Assembly: GCA_051294375.1 (NCBI GenBank)
Contig: CM119270.1
Coordinates: forward strand, 4,084,301 to 4,148,300
Source of the DNA: Paraspadella gotoi
Taxonomy: Eukaryota; Animalia; Chaetognatha
DNA: 64,000 nucleotides
Direction of reading: 5' to 3'
The translations under genes were made by a program, and so were the position numbers. This document shows, piece after piece, positions 63,602 through 64,000 of this stretch. Every line of letters begins with the position of its first letter. The first letter of the stretch is position 1. The notes under the pieces were generated by a model. That model was given only the letters and a program-made list of their open reading frames with translations. It had not been told where the DNA came from and searched no databases.

Positions 63602-63766
63602 CGTGCCCGAGCATAATCGCCACAAAGAAGCGGCATTTTCTTAAAAAGTTCAGAGTTTTAATTTAAACTTAGCTTAAACTAAAATCCTTCGTCAAAAAAT
63701 CAAAAATAATAAATAGAAAGTTTCGTTATCGCTGAGTTTAATCCCTCGATTCACCCGCGCGGCGGT

Positions 63767-63848
<82 letters not shown>

Positions 63849-64000
63849 GAGAAATGGATGAATTCACAAAAAGAAAATCGATAAACGCAACGGGGATGGA
63901 AATGAGACGAGACAAAGCGAGACGACATGAGAAAAAGACAAAAAAAAAATAAGACAAAAGAACACCGAAGAAGAAAAAGAAAAAAAAAGAAGAATAAAAC

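Overview
AT-rich, gap-rich animal (invertebrate-like) genomic draft sequence with spliceosomal GT-AG introns and dense microsatellites; it is not prokaryotic, and I found no rRNA, CRISPR or operons. Most ORF-track entries are low-complexity noise. Coding content: (1) a frame-consistent 13-exon minus-strand gene (41778->32145, 1321 aa by my splicing) for a type-I membrane protein: signal peptide, EGF/cbEGF repeats, C-type lectin, EGF x2, vWA, ZP, furin site, CCP, cbEGF, SEA, cbEGF, TM, Tyr tail; (2) an adjacent shorter paralog (EGF, vWA, ZP, SEA, EGF, TM, multi-Tyr tail) whose 5' half is inverted and frameshifted, probably by mis-assembly. Non-coding content: five distinct short Penelope-like insertions with TSDs, four with inverted arms, each carrying a minimal hammerhead ribozyme motif with covarying stem II; Helentron-associated (HINE/DINE-1-like) elements; TIR elements filled with telomere-like repeats; a tRNA-derived SINE; several minisatellites. 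A 8995-bp tandem duplication and several direct or inverted duplications flank 25-N gaps and are most likely assembly artefacts. All calls come from reading the sequence by eye; no searches were run.
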